From an uncultured Nitrospiraceae bacterium (GTDB lineage: Bacteria > Nitrospirota > Nitrospiria > Nitrospirales > Nitrospiraceae): a stretch of DNA of 64,000 nt. The notes below the pieces were generated by a model that was not told the origin of the DNA, searched no databases, and saw only the letters and a program-made list of their open reading frames with translations. The position numbers were made by a program, and so were the translations under genes. The first letter of the stretch is position 1, and each line of letters opens with the position of its first letter. The DNA lies in the NCBI GenBank assembly GCA_963706325.1, contig CAVPLT010000001.1:928001-992000 (forward strand). The letters are read 5' to 3'. Of this stretch, positions 41,122 to 51,200 are shown in pieces.

Positions 41122-41397
41122 CTAGGTTTTATTCATCACCACTTTGCCCGTGCATATATAATTGTTTGTATAGATCCAGGAAATCGGTCCGGAGGAGGGC
41201 TGGTTTTGCACGTCTGTCAGACGCACTTTCACGTTCAGCTTCTGAGCGTCCTCCTTGAGGTTTTCTATGCAGCCTTCCGGGGATCGGCCACTGGAAATGA
41301 CCTTTTCAATTTCATTGGTGTCGAAGTTGGGAATGGTGTAATGAGGCCCACAACCTGCGATCAGCACAACTATTCCGAGTGCCCACGACCTTTTCAT
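41122..41397 (-). CDS. Small lipoprotein
   Basis: AGGAG RBS, lipobox IAGC. Confidence 0.75.
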   Translation of the reverse strand: MKRSWALGIVVLIAGCGPHYTIPNFDTNEIEKVISSGRSPEGCIENLKEDAQKLNVKVRLTDVQNQPSSGPISWIYTNNYICTGKVVMNKT

Positions 41398-41613
41398 AAC
41401 GGTGCTCCTCTGTTGGCGGTAAATAATGCTGCCTGTCGTCTCACGCTGACTGTATTGAGGTGGCGACTACACATACACTAGTGATATCCCTAGCCCCCAT
41501 CCCATACAGCCCGAGTTGTTTGGACCTGGGACTCGCTTGCGGCCCCTCAACACAGGCCATACAATGCCTGCCGTTGCCCGACTCAATTGAACCGGTGTAG
41601 TAGGGAGAGACTA

Positions 41614-44124
41614 ATGCCGAGCAAAAAAAACCTATCGCTATCGCAGGGCACATCAACTGATCAGGCACGTACGGCTGAGGATTTTGAAAAGCTGGGCGTC
41701 TTCTACCTCGGACGACCCTACGACCTCGCTGCCAAGCAACCGAAGCCGGGGTGGCTGCTGTACGATTCCAAAGACTTGGTGACCCATGCGGTCTGTGTGG
41801 GCATGACCGGGAGCGGCAAGACCGGTCTCTGTGTCGGCCTCCTGGAGGAGGCCGCAATCGACGGTATTCCGGCCATCGTCATCGATCCCAAAGGGGATCT
41901 CGCCAACCTCTTGCTCACGTTTCCACAACTCCGGGGAGAAGATTTCGCCCCCTGGGTCAACGAAGATGATGCGCGCAAGAAAGGTCTCTCCAAGTCAGAA
42001 TATGCGGCCCAGCAGGCAGCAATGTGGCAAAAGGGGTTGGGGGAGTGGGGACAAAGCGGCGAGCGCATCCAAAAGCTCCGTGATGCGGCAGAGTTCGTTG
42101 TCTACACTCCGGGGAGCACTGCCGGTTTGCCGGTATCGATCCTCAAGTCGTTTGCCGCTCCGTCGCAGGAGATGCTCGACGATATCGAACTTTTGCGTGA
42201 ACGCATCAACACAACGGTCACCAGTCTGCTCGGACTGGTCGGGGTGCAGGCTGATCCGATCAAAAACCGTGAACATATTCTCCTTGCGTCGATTCTGGAC
42301 AGCGCATGGCGGAAGGGGCAGGACCTTGATTTGGCGATGCTCATTCAGCAGATTCAGACTCCTCCCATAACCACAGTGGGCGTGCTCGATCTGGACTCTT
42401 TCTTCCCGGCAAAGGAACGATTTGCGCTCGCCATGCAATTGAATAACTTGCTCGCAGCCCCAGGTTTTGCCGCATGGATGGAAGGCGAGGCGCTGGATGT
42501 AGGGCAGATGTTGTATGGCTCCTCAGGAAGGCCGCGCATCGCGATTTTTTCGATCGCCCATTTAAGCGATGCCGAACGAATGTTCTTTGTCGCGCTCCTC
42601 CTGAACCAGACCTTGAGTTGGGTCCGCGCTCAGTCCGGCACGACCAGTCTTCGGGCCCTCCTCTATATGGATGAAATTTTTGGCTACTTTCCGCCCGTGG
42701 CGAACCCTCCGTCCAAGGCTCCCTTGCTGACCTTGCTCAAGCAGGCGCGGGCCTATGGATTGGGCGTCGTGCTGGCTACGCAAAACCCGGTCGACCTGGA
42801 CTACAAGGGACTGGCCAATACCGGCACGTGGTTTATTGGTCGTTTGCAAACGGAACGTGACAAGGCGCGGGTGATCGAGGGGTTGGAAGGGGCAGCGGTC
42901 AGCAGCGGGAAAAAGTTCGATCGCCAACGAATGGAACAGATCCTTGCAGGGCTAGGGAACCGCGTGTTCCTGTTAAACAACGTTCATGAAGATGCGCCGG
43001 AAGTGTTCCAGACCCGCTGGACGCTCTCCTACCTGCGCGGTCCCCTCACGCGTACGCAAATCAAGCAGTTGATGGCTCCTCTTAAGACAACAGGCGTGAC
43101 CGGGCAGGCGTCAGGTGGCGGAGGAAAACGTGGATTTGGATTGGGGGCAGCTTCAGCGACCGGGGCCGGCGTCTCACGTCCGATGTTGCCGCCGGAGGTT
43201 CCGCAGTATTTTGTTCCGATTCGAGGGGTACAAACAGGCGGGCATACGTTGATCTATCGACCGATGGTCTTGGGCGCGGCGCTGGTGCGATTCTCAGATG
43301 TGAAAGCAGGGATTGATACAGGGCAGGAGTTGACATGGTTGGCACCGATCCAAGACGCCGCAGTACCGGTGGACTGGGCGCAAGCCACGGCGGCGCACCT
43401 CGCTCTATCTGATTTGGAGCGCGAGCCGTCTGGCACCGCCCAATTCCGACCGCTTCCCGGCGCGGCAACCAAGATCAAACAGTATGAGAGCTGGAAGGCC
43501 GACTTGTCCGGCTGGTTGTACCGCACCCAAACACTCGATCTGCTCCAAAGTTCCACCACGAAAAAACTCTCGAAGCCGAATGAGTCGGAGCGTGATTTTC
43601 GCCTGCGCCTTCAGCAAGCCGGTCGTGAGGAGCGCGATCAACAACTCGACAGCCTGCGAAAAAAATATGCCCCCAAGATTGCGGCGCTTCAGGATCGCAT
43701 CCGTCGGGCCGAGCACATGGTTGAGCGACAGCAGACCGAATCCCGCAACAGCCAGGTTCAGGCGGTCATCTCGATCGGCGCTAGCATTCTCGGAGCGTTT
43801 CTTGGGCGCAAGGCAATCAGCGCGGCGAATATCGGCAAAGCCACGACTGCGATTCGTGGGGCTGGTCGGGTGATCAAAGAATCCAAAGATGTGGGTCAGG
43901 CCGAGGACAATGCGACAGCCCTCCAACAGCAACTGACCGAGCTTGAGGGTCAGTTCAAAGCTGAAACAGAGGCCCTCAGCGCGGCGACCGATCCGCTGAC
44001 GGAGAAACTTCAACGTTCGTCGTTGAAACCCACCAAATCGAACATCGCTGTGAAGCTCGTGGCCCTCGCCTGGGCTCCATATTGGCAGGATGGGAGCGGG
44101 ACCCAAGTGCCTGCCTGGGAATGA
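41614..44124 (+). CDS. HerA/FtsK-superfamily ATPase with C-terminal coiled coil
   Basis: Walker A GMTGSGKT, IDPKGD, Walker B YMDE, R.YG....ATQNP; GGGAG RBS before ATG 41614. Confidence 0.85.
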   Translation: MPSKKNLSLSQGTSTDQARTAEDFEKLGVFYLGRPYDLAAKQPKPGWLLYDSKDLVTHAVCVGMTGSGKTGLCVGLLEEAAIDGIPAIVIDPKGDLANLLLTFPQLRGEDFAPWVNEDDARKKGLSKSEYAAQQAAMWQKGLGEWGQSGERIQKLRDAAEFVVYTPGSTAGLPVSILKSFAAPSQEMLDDIELLRERINTTVTSLLGLVGVQADPIKNREHILLASILDSAWRKGQDLDLAMLIQQIQTPPITTVGVLDLDSFFPAKERFALAMQLNNLLAAPGFAAWMEGEALDVGQMLYGSSGRPRIAIFSIAHLSDAERMFFVALLLNQTLSWVRAQSGTTSLRALLYMDEIFGYFPPVANPPSKAPLLTLLKQARAYGLGVVLATQNPVDLDYKGLANTGTWFIGRLQTERDKARVIEGLEGAAVSSGKKFDRQRMEQILAGLGNRVFLLNNVHEDAPEVFQTRWTLSYLRGPLTRTQIKQLMAPLKTTGVTGQASGGGGKRGFGLGAASATGAGVSRPMLPPEVPQYFVPIRGVQTGGHTLIYRPMVLGAALVRFSDVKAGIDTGQELTWLAPIQDAAVPVDWAQATAAHLALSDLEREPSGTAQFRPLPGAATKIKQYESWKADLSGWLYRTQTLDLLQSSTTKKLSKPNESERDFRLRLQQAGREERDQQLDSLRKKYAPKIAALQDRIRRAEHMVERQQTESRNSQVQAVISIGASILGAFLGRKAISAANIGKATTAIRGAGRVIKESKDVGQAEDNATALQQQLTELEGQFKAETEALSAATDPLTEKLQRSSLKPTKSNIAVKLVALAWAPYWQDGSGTQVPAWE

Positions 44125-44191
44125 CGGTTCATCTGTCCTCGACCTGAATGGTACTACAGACAGACGCCGGGTGGCAGCGCCCAACCGACGA

Positions 44192-47100
44192 CTATACCGG
44201 GCTCGTCGGTTTTCCAGGCGAGGTCCCTTGAGCGCCAGGGGGCGTAGTGGCCCAGTAAGCGCGAAGCGCCTGGCACAGGGCTGACATATCCTGGTCCTTA
44301 TTCTGGGCCGCCGGCCGCAGCACCTCCCAGGCCACATGTTCACCCAGCCGGCGATACGATTCGAACTGCGCTTCGTCGAAGAACTGATCCGAAGTTGGTT
44401 CATGCGGAAACGCCGGATGGCGCGCCGCATAGTCCTGTATGTCCGAAGGCTCATCGCCGGTCAATGAGGCTTTGAGATACAGGAGGGTGCCTGCAGCGGC
44501 AGGCGCGTCCACTGTGTCGTAGCGAATCGAGCCGATCGCATGGTGGCGACTGCCGGTCGTCGACCCTGGAGCCCGCCTCAGTGCATCCAGATTCACATCG
44601 ATGTCGATACCCAGATCGATTCGAATCTTTCGGATGGCGTTGCCGAGATCTTCGAAGGTTGCGTGGGGATCACAGCCTGCGTCGACTACGAGGATGCAAT
44701 GACATCGGCGCAACACCATTTCGTACAAGCCTAAATTTTCGAAGTGTCCTCCGTCGGAAAGATACACATAGGGATGCCTGGCATCGGTGAGTCCGAACGC
44801 TTCAGCGATCAGGGGACCGACGGAGACAGTCGGGGATGCTTGCTTATACGTATCGATGCCGGCCGGACCGGGATTGCCGAGCCACCAACCGAGACGAATA
44901 TTGAACAGCGCCAATAAAAAGGTTACCGCCGACGAGGAGTGATAACCCATGTTGGGGCTGGCGGCTGCTCCGGAAATCGCCAGCGCCGTGCCGAGCGAGA
45001 GCGGCTGGTCGAGATAGTGGTTGGCCGCGTAGGCTTCGGTGCGTCGAAAGCCGAGATTCCAGCTGCCGCTGTGCAGTGAGCTGATCGTAAAGGATTGGGC
45101 CTTCCGTTGCTGCCAGGCGAGGTTGTCTCCTTTGACCAAATTGAGCGCAATGTTGACGAGATGGAGCGGTCGCGGCATCCGCTCATAGGCTCGATTGAGA
45201 AAGAGGTCGACGAACCAGGTCACGGCGTCCCGCGTTGCCGCTGTTTCATCGGTCGATTGTTGTAACGCTGTCAGCTTGGCGGCGCAAGCCGGCCCGACTA
45301 GCAGATGGTCGGCGGCCTCCTGTAGCGCACCTCGATCCCGCAGTGCAGTTATTTCCTGCCCCAGTAGGTCGATCATGCCTTGCAACAGAGCTGGTGGATG
45401 CCCTGTGAGGGCATGAAACGCTGTGAGCTGTGCGCGAGTGTGAGAAGAGATCTCCCGTGCATAAAGCCAACGAGCCAGACGAACGTCATCAAACCGCAGA
45501 TCACTCATGGCCGGATTGTCCAGATTGTCGAACCCGGTAAAGGGATTAAATGTTCGCTCGCGGTCGATCTGAGCGCGTGAGGCGCCCAGATAGGCACGGA
45601 TCAGCCGGTTGCGATACATCGCGTGGAGTGAGAACCGATTGATATTAATGAAGCGGGCCATGAGGAAACCAAGCGCGGCTACGAGGAGGGTGAACGAGAG
45701 CAGCATCCAAGGCGGTGTGTTATGGAGCACCTGGTTGTGTCCCCAAGGATCCGGTGGCATCAACCGGCCCACACGCGTGGGGTCTGGATGGACAAGATCG
45801 CTGAGATGCCGGTTGAATTGATGAACAAACACATCGAGTTGCCAGCTGCTGGCGAGCGCGAGCGCAATTAAGACACAGAGCATAAAAATCGGCGCAGCTG
45901 CTCTCACCGCTATATCGGTGATGATCGTCAGGTGCGATCGTTCTTCGGCCCCCTGAGCCGTGGTGCGTGAGCCAAATCCAAGGACGAGGGTCATGAGCCC
46001 TGACAATCCGCCGAGAGCCGAAGCCATTGTGGGCGTCCAGGCGATCAGGCCAGGCCCGAAAATGACAACGGCACTCAGGGTCGACCAGATGACCATCACA
46101 ATGAGCACCCATGATCCGGTGCGACCCCACCATTCACGGTCCTGCTCTTCCGTAAAACGGCTGGCCAGTCCGATAAACATCGTGGCAGTCAGTAAAAACA
46201 TGGCCAGCACGCCGGGGACGGCAAAAGAGGCGAACCACTCGGCATACTGAGCCACTGCCATCTGGTCCGGTGTCTTTGCCAGCACCGTCCAGAGAAAGCC
46301 ACCGCCCAATGCGCCGGTGGCCGCGACGGCGCCGGTTTCGAGAACGAGCCACCAGGTAATGGCCTTGAAGCGCTTCAGGGCGACCGTGGCGAAGAGCCAG
46401 CTGAAGGTATGAATCAGAGTCCCGTCGATAACGGATTGGTAGAAAGTGAACTGATCCATCAACCCGCCTGCATTCCGAAACCAAGCCCAGGCCGTGGTGA
46501 GGCACAGCGTGGCCCCCACCAACGGGACTAGGCAGGCCAGGAGAAACCATTGCTGTTGTTCGAGGCAACGCCATCGCGTATCGAGCCGATATGGGCGTAG
46601 CGCCGGACGACAGAGGTGTAGATATATGAGCGCCATAACCGCAAGTCCTAGACCGGTGAGTAGGACGGCCGGAACAGCAGCGGTGGGGAGTGGCTCGTCG
46701 GGGGTGTTCAATCGAGCCAGGGCAATGACCCAGCGGGGTAGAAGCAAAGGCAACATGAGAAGCGGTAAAAGTACCATCCAATTCAGATGCAGATTGCGTA
46801 GATAGATTCCGAGCAGGGTCCAAGAGTCGGCGGAAAAGAAGCCCAAGTGTGGGCTTAAATAGTTGCTGTAGTTTCGCAGCCATTGGACCGGATGCGGCCG
46901 GTCCTCGGCATTCATATTCGCAGTGGCTTGCAAGTCTTCGATGACGCCGTCGAGCCCCCGTGGGTGGCGATGGATCCATGCGGTGAGCCAACTGCCGATG
47001 TAACCGCCGCCCGAAACCGTGGAGAGGTAATCGAACCGGTTCAACAGCTGCAGTCGAGCGAGGGATTGCAATATTCCCAGTCCAAAGGTGGCGCTACGGA

Positions 47101-47245
47101 TACCTCCTCCTGAAAAGCAGAGTGCCGCGCGTGGGTGTTGAGTGATGGGATCGTCTTTCGAGAGGCGCCCATCGAGCAGTCTGGCCTCTTCTTCTACAAC
47201 CTCGGTGAGTGAAAGCGGATCGTCCTGATTCGCGAGGTTCTTCAT
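44192..47245 (-). CDS. Membrane-bound patatin/cPLA2-like phospholipase, 1017 aa
   Basis: SGGGIRSA oxyanion loop, STVSGG nucleophile, DGGHFENLG, many TM helices. Confidence 0.87.
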   Translation of the reverse strand: MKNLANQDDPLSLTEVVEEEARLLDGRLSKDDPITQHPRAALCFSGGGIRSATFGLGILQSLARLQLLNRFDYLSTVSGGGYIGSWLTAWIHRHPRGLDGVIEDLQATANMNAEDRPHPVQWLRNYSNYLSPHLGFFSADSWTLLGIYLRNLHLNWMVLLPLLMLPLLLPRWVIALARLNTPDEPLPTAAVPAVLLTGLGLAVMALIYLHLCRPALRPYRLDTRWRCLEQQQWFLLACLVPLVGATLCLTTAWAWFRNAGGLMDQFTFYQSVIDGTLIHTFSWLFATVALKRFKAITWWLVLETGAVAATGALGGGFLWTVLAKTPDQMAVAQYAEWFASFAVPGVLAMFLLTATMFIGLASRFTEEQDREWWGRTGSWVLIVMVIWSTLSAVVIFGPGLIAWTPTMASALGGLSGLMTLVLGFGSRTTAQGAEERSHLTIITDIAVRAAAPIFMLCVLIALALASSWQLDVFVHQFNRHLSDLVHPDPTRVGRLMPPDPWGHNQVLHNTPPWMLLSFTLLVAALGFLMARFININRFSLHAMYRNRLIRAYLGASRAQIDRERTFNPFTGFDNLDNPAMSDLRFDDVRLARWLYAREISSHTRAQLTAFHALTGHPPALLQGMIDLLGQEITALRDRGALQEAADHLLVGPACAAKLTALQQSTDETAATRDAVTWFVDLFLNRAYERMPRPLHLVNIALNLVKGDNLAWQQRKAQSFTISSLHSGSWNLGFRRTEAYAANHYLDQPLSLGTALAISGAAASPNMGYHSSSAVTFLLALFNIRLGWWLGNPGPAGIDTYKQASPTVSVGPLIAEAFGLTDARHPYVYLSDGGHFENLGLYEMVLRRCHCILVVDAGCDPHATFEDLGNAIRKIRIDLGIDIDVNLDALRRAPGSTTGSRHHAIGSIRYDTVDAPAAAGTLLYLKASLTGDEPSDIQDYAARHPAFPHEPTSDQFFDEAQFESYRRLGEHVAWEVLRPAAQNKDQDMSALCQALRAYWATTPPGAQGTSPGKPTSPV

Positions 47246-47362
47246 GGGTACTCCAATAGATCAGGTCTCAGCCTGACCTGGTTCTGTCATGACGGCCAGC
47301 GCAGGCACGTCGTATCACTCCGTGGGAAAGGATCGAGCGATCAGGATGCTCGGTAGAAAAAA

Positions 47363-47376
47363 GCAAGCCATATGCC
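47363..47376 (-). promoter_or_regulatory. sigma54 (-24/-12) promoter for the patatin gene
   Basis: Minus strand GGCATATGGCTTGC = GG-N10-GC. Confidence 0.6.
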
Positions 47377-47484
47377 TATGTTCCCCGATGCAGCGTTTCG
47401 CCTTGCAACAAGCCTTCAGGCAACTCCATAAGCTGGATCAATAGGTAAAACAGACGCTTCCTTGCCGTTGGTGAGTCGTCGAGA

Positions 47485-47521
47485 TTATCAGATCAGATAC
47501 AAGGTGTATCTAACGGCAAGA
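47485..47521. promoter_or_regulatory. GTATC-N6-GATAC-like tandem boxes
   Basis: TTATCAGATCAGATAC (47485-47500), then a GTATC half site at 47506; same 21-bp period as 8944/8965. Confidence 0.45.
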
Positions 47522-47598
47522 CTGTTAGATCGGGTCGTTCGGTTTCTCCGAAAAACGGTTGGCCGAAGCAGAGGCGTGAGGATTCTCCCGCGAAGCGG

Positions 47599-48168
47599 CT
47601 AATGCTTCCGCTCTCGTTGCATCAGTTTGTCTGTATAGGCCAACAGAATGGCGGAGCCCAGGAACGTCATGTGAATGAAAATCTTCCACTTCACATGTTC
47701 GGGATTTTCGTTTGCGATATCGACGAAAGATTTGAGCAGATGAATGCTGGAAATTCCGACCAAGGAAGCCGCCAGCTTGATCTTGATAGTGCCAGGGTCC
47801 ACATGGGTAAGCCACTCAGGGCGGTCGGGATGAGTGTCGAGATCCAACTTGCTGACGAATGTGGCATAACCGCCGATAATGACCATGGTCAAAAGATTTG
47901 CCACCATCGTCACGTCGATCAGTCCCAGCACGCCTAGCATGAATTTAGTTTCTTCGAGCTGCTTGAAGTGAATCCCCATCTCCCACAGTTCGAGCAAGAA
48001 CTTGGACGCGTACAGCAGTTCGGCGATGATGAGGCCGCCATACAGTGGGGCTTGAATCCACCGGCTGCCGAAGACCAGGAATTCAAACGCCAGCTCAATT
48101 CGGCTGAGGGTCGTGGGATGTGATGGTACGGGACCGGAAGAGGACGGATGGCTCACGCGTGCACTCAC
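47599..48168 (-). CDS. UPF0114/TIGR00645 (YqhA-like) membrane protein
   Basis: SRWIQAPLYGGL, LIDVTMVANLL, KIKLAASLVGISSIHLLK. Confidence 0.9.
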   Translation of the reverse strand: MSARVSHPSSSGPVPSHPTTLSRIELAFEFLVFGSRWIQAPLYGGLIIAELLYASKFLLELWEMGIHFKQLEETKFMLGVLGLIDVTMVANLLTMVIIGGYATFVSKLDLDTHPDRPEWLTHVDPGTIKIKLAASLVGISSIHLLKSFVDIANENPEHVKWKIFIHMTFLGSAILLAYTDKLMQRERKH

Positions 48169-48296
48169 TCTCCTTCGTGAGCGCGTATCCTAGTGCGCAG
48201 ATCGGCGTCTGTCAATTGCTGGATGCGGAATGTGTTAGGCGATGGATGGCGGCAGGGTCGCAGTCACAGCCACGGTAGTCGGGATCTCGGAAAGAC

Positions 48297-51200
48297 TTAG
48301 GCCGCAGACGCTTCCCCGCGCTTCGGCAACCATGTGTCGAGGATCGTCTGCAAATCCTTGGGGCGAATCGGCTTTGCCACATAATCGTCCATTCCGGCGG
48401 CAAGGCACTTCTCGCGATCCCCTTTCATGGCGTTCGCCGTCATGGCGACGACCGGCGTGTGTCCTGACGAGCCTTCCATCTTTCGAATCATGGCGGTGGC
48501 CTCAAATCCGTCCATCTCGGGCATCTGGCAGTCCATAAAAATCAGCGGGTAGGGCGCTCGCTCATGAGCCGCGACGGCCTCCTGGCCGTTTCCCACCACA
48601 TCGACACGGCATCCGAGTTTTTCCAATATCTTGCAAGCGACCTTTTGATTTATCGGGTTGTCTTCCGCCAAGAGTAACCGAGTGAGGGTCGAGGTGTGGG
48701 CTTCGGCAAGCGTATGTCGCGTGATGAGAGGTGTCGTAGAGGCTGGTTGCTGTATGCCGGCTGGAGCGGGAGTGTCCAGTAGCCGGCACAGGCACTCAAG
48801 CAGCTGAGATTGTCGCAGCGGTTTCGTAAGATAGGCATCGACGCCGTGGGCTTGCGCCCTGCCGCCGTCTCCTCGTCGTCCTACGGTGGTGAGAACGACG
48901 ACCCGCGTGGCGGCCGTCGCAGGATCGCTCTTGAGGCCTGTGGCGACTTGGAATCCATCCATGTCTGGGAGATGCAATTCGATCAACGCGAGGTCGAACG
49001 GTTTTTGTTTCGCTGCGGCAGCCTGCGCCCTCTCATAGGCGTCGGGGCCGTTCTGCGCCTCGACACAATCTATTCCGTAGGGCACAAGTTGTTGGTGGAG
49101 CGCATGTCTGGTGGTCCTATTGTGATTGACCAGCAAAACACGGCGCCCACGAAGCTGTGTCAGGGAAATCGTGAGAGGCGGGGGGGCGAGCGCCGCCTCC
49201 GGCAGCTCTGCGGTAAACCAGAAGGTGCTGCCCTGGCGCGGACGGCTCTCGATTCCGATCTGGCCCCGCATCTGTTTAACGAGGCGTTGGCAAATGGCGA
49301 GCCCGAGGCCGGTGCCGCCATATCGACGAGTGGTTGAACTATCGGCCTGGGTAAATGCTTGGAACAGTCGCGCCTGCACTGCTTCGGGAATGCCGATCCC
49401 GGTATCCGTAATCGTGAATCGCAGTACAGCCGCTTCTCCCCCCCCTTCGCACGTGACATGGAGAAAGACTTCGCCCGTGGGCGTGAACTTAATGGCATTG
49501 CCGATCAGGTTGACGAGGATCTGTCGGACACGGCCTGGGTCGCCAAGGACACCGATCGGCACCGCGGCATCGACCAGGCCGATCAACTCAAGGCCCTTAC
49601 TCTGAGCCTGTTCCGCGAGCAGCTCCAAGGTATCTTCTACGGTCGTCCGGAGGTCGAAGGCGAGATTCTCAAACTGAAGTTTGCCGGCTTCGATTTTTGA
49701 GAAGTCGAGAATGTCGTTTACCAGAGTCAGTAAGGCGTCGCTCGAGCGGCGGACCGTATCAGCAAACTCATGCTGTTCTTCGGTCAGATCCGTATCGAGT
49801 AACAGACCTGTCATGCCGATAATCGCATTCATCGGGGTTCTAATTTCGTGACTCATGGTCGCGAGAAAATCGGTCTTGAGTTGGACGGCCTGAAGGGCTT
49901 GATCCCTGGCTTTAGCGAGTTCACTATTCTTTGCTTCCAACTCCTGAGCGGTTAGAAGGAGTGCTGCCTCAGCTTTCTTCCGCTGTGTAATGTCATGTCC
50001 CACTGCGAGGTAGCCTAAGATGACGTTCTCCTCATTGCGTAGAGCGGTGATGGTCACGAGCGCTGTGAAGTGGGTTCCATCTTTCCTGACGTAGGTCCAC
50101 TCGTGTTCGTCGAAGCCACCTTGCCGCGCATTGTGGACGAGGACATTGAAGCCTCGCACGGGTAGCCCACGCGGCGTGCTCAGCTCCTGACCGCGGCGCT
50201 CGATCTCGGCTGGAATGTGCAAGATATTGGGGGAATGTTTTCCGAGCATTTCCTCGGCCGCGTAACCTAGCAGCGCTTCGGCTCCTGCATTGAAGGTCGT
50301 GATGCGGCCCGTGGTATCGGTCGCGATAATCGAGAGACGCCTGGCGGCATTGAGAATACCCATCAGCTGTGCATTGGTGGACAGCAGGGCGTCTTCCAAA
50401 TGCTTGCGCTCGGTGACATCGGTCAGGATCACAAGTGTGGCGGACTTTCCCTCGTATGTCACGGGAGCGGCGGCGATTTCCGCAATAATCACCCTGCCGT
50501 CAAGACGACGTACCCGCTCCACCATCTGCGCATCGCGCCCCTCCCGGTCGATTCCCCCCGCCCGTTCTTCTACGAGTGATCGCGCGTCCCTCTGCATAAA
50601 GTCCGCTATGGGACGCCCCAGGAGTTGTGACAGGGTCATGGCGCCTAACAAAGTCGCACATGCATTATTGGCAAAGACTATTCGATTGCTACAGATGACG
50701 AAAATGGAGTTCGGGGACAACTCTACGAGCGACCGATAACGCAACTCGCCGGCCCGCACGGTGGATTCCAGCTGCTTGGCGTCAGTGATGTCGACGGCGA
50801 TACCTGCCAAGCGATAGACCTTCCCTTCTTGGTCTTTCACCGGGAATCCTCGGTCGCGAATCCATCGCACGGTGCCGGTCGCCGTCACGATACGGTATTC
50901 CTCGTCATAGGGAAGAGAGGTTTGGCAGGCTGCCGCGACGGCGATGCGTTCACGATCATCCGGGTGGATGCATTCGATCCACAGCATGGGGTTCGCGTAC
51001 AAGTCGTCACGGGATCGGCCCCAGATGGATTCGAAACCGGGACTGACGTACAGCATGTGATGTGTATCGGCCGATGTCAGCCAAAACACCGCGTCGATGT
51101 GGTCCGCCAGCTGTCGAAAGCGTTCTTCGCTTTCCTGGAGAGCCCCTTCCAGCGACTTCCGTTCTGAAATGTCGCGGAACATACCTGTATATTTTCGAGA

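Noticed and set aside
41614..44124. HerA ATPase as part of an anti-phage system
   Set aside because: No Sir2, NurA or nuclease partner is adjacent and there is no defence-island context
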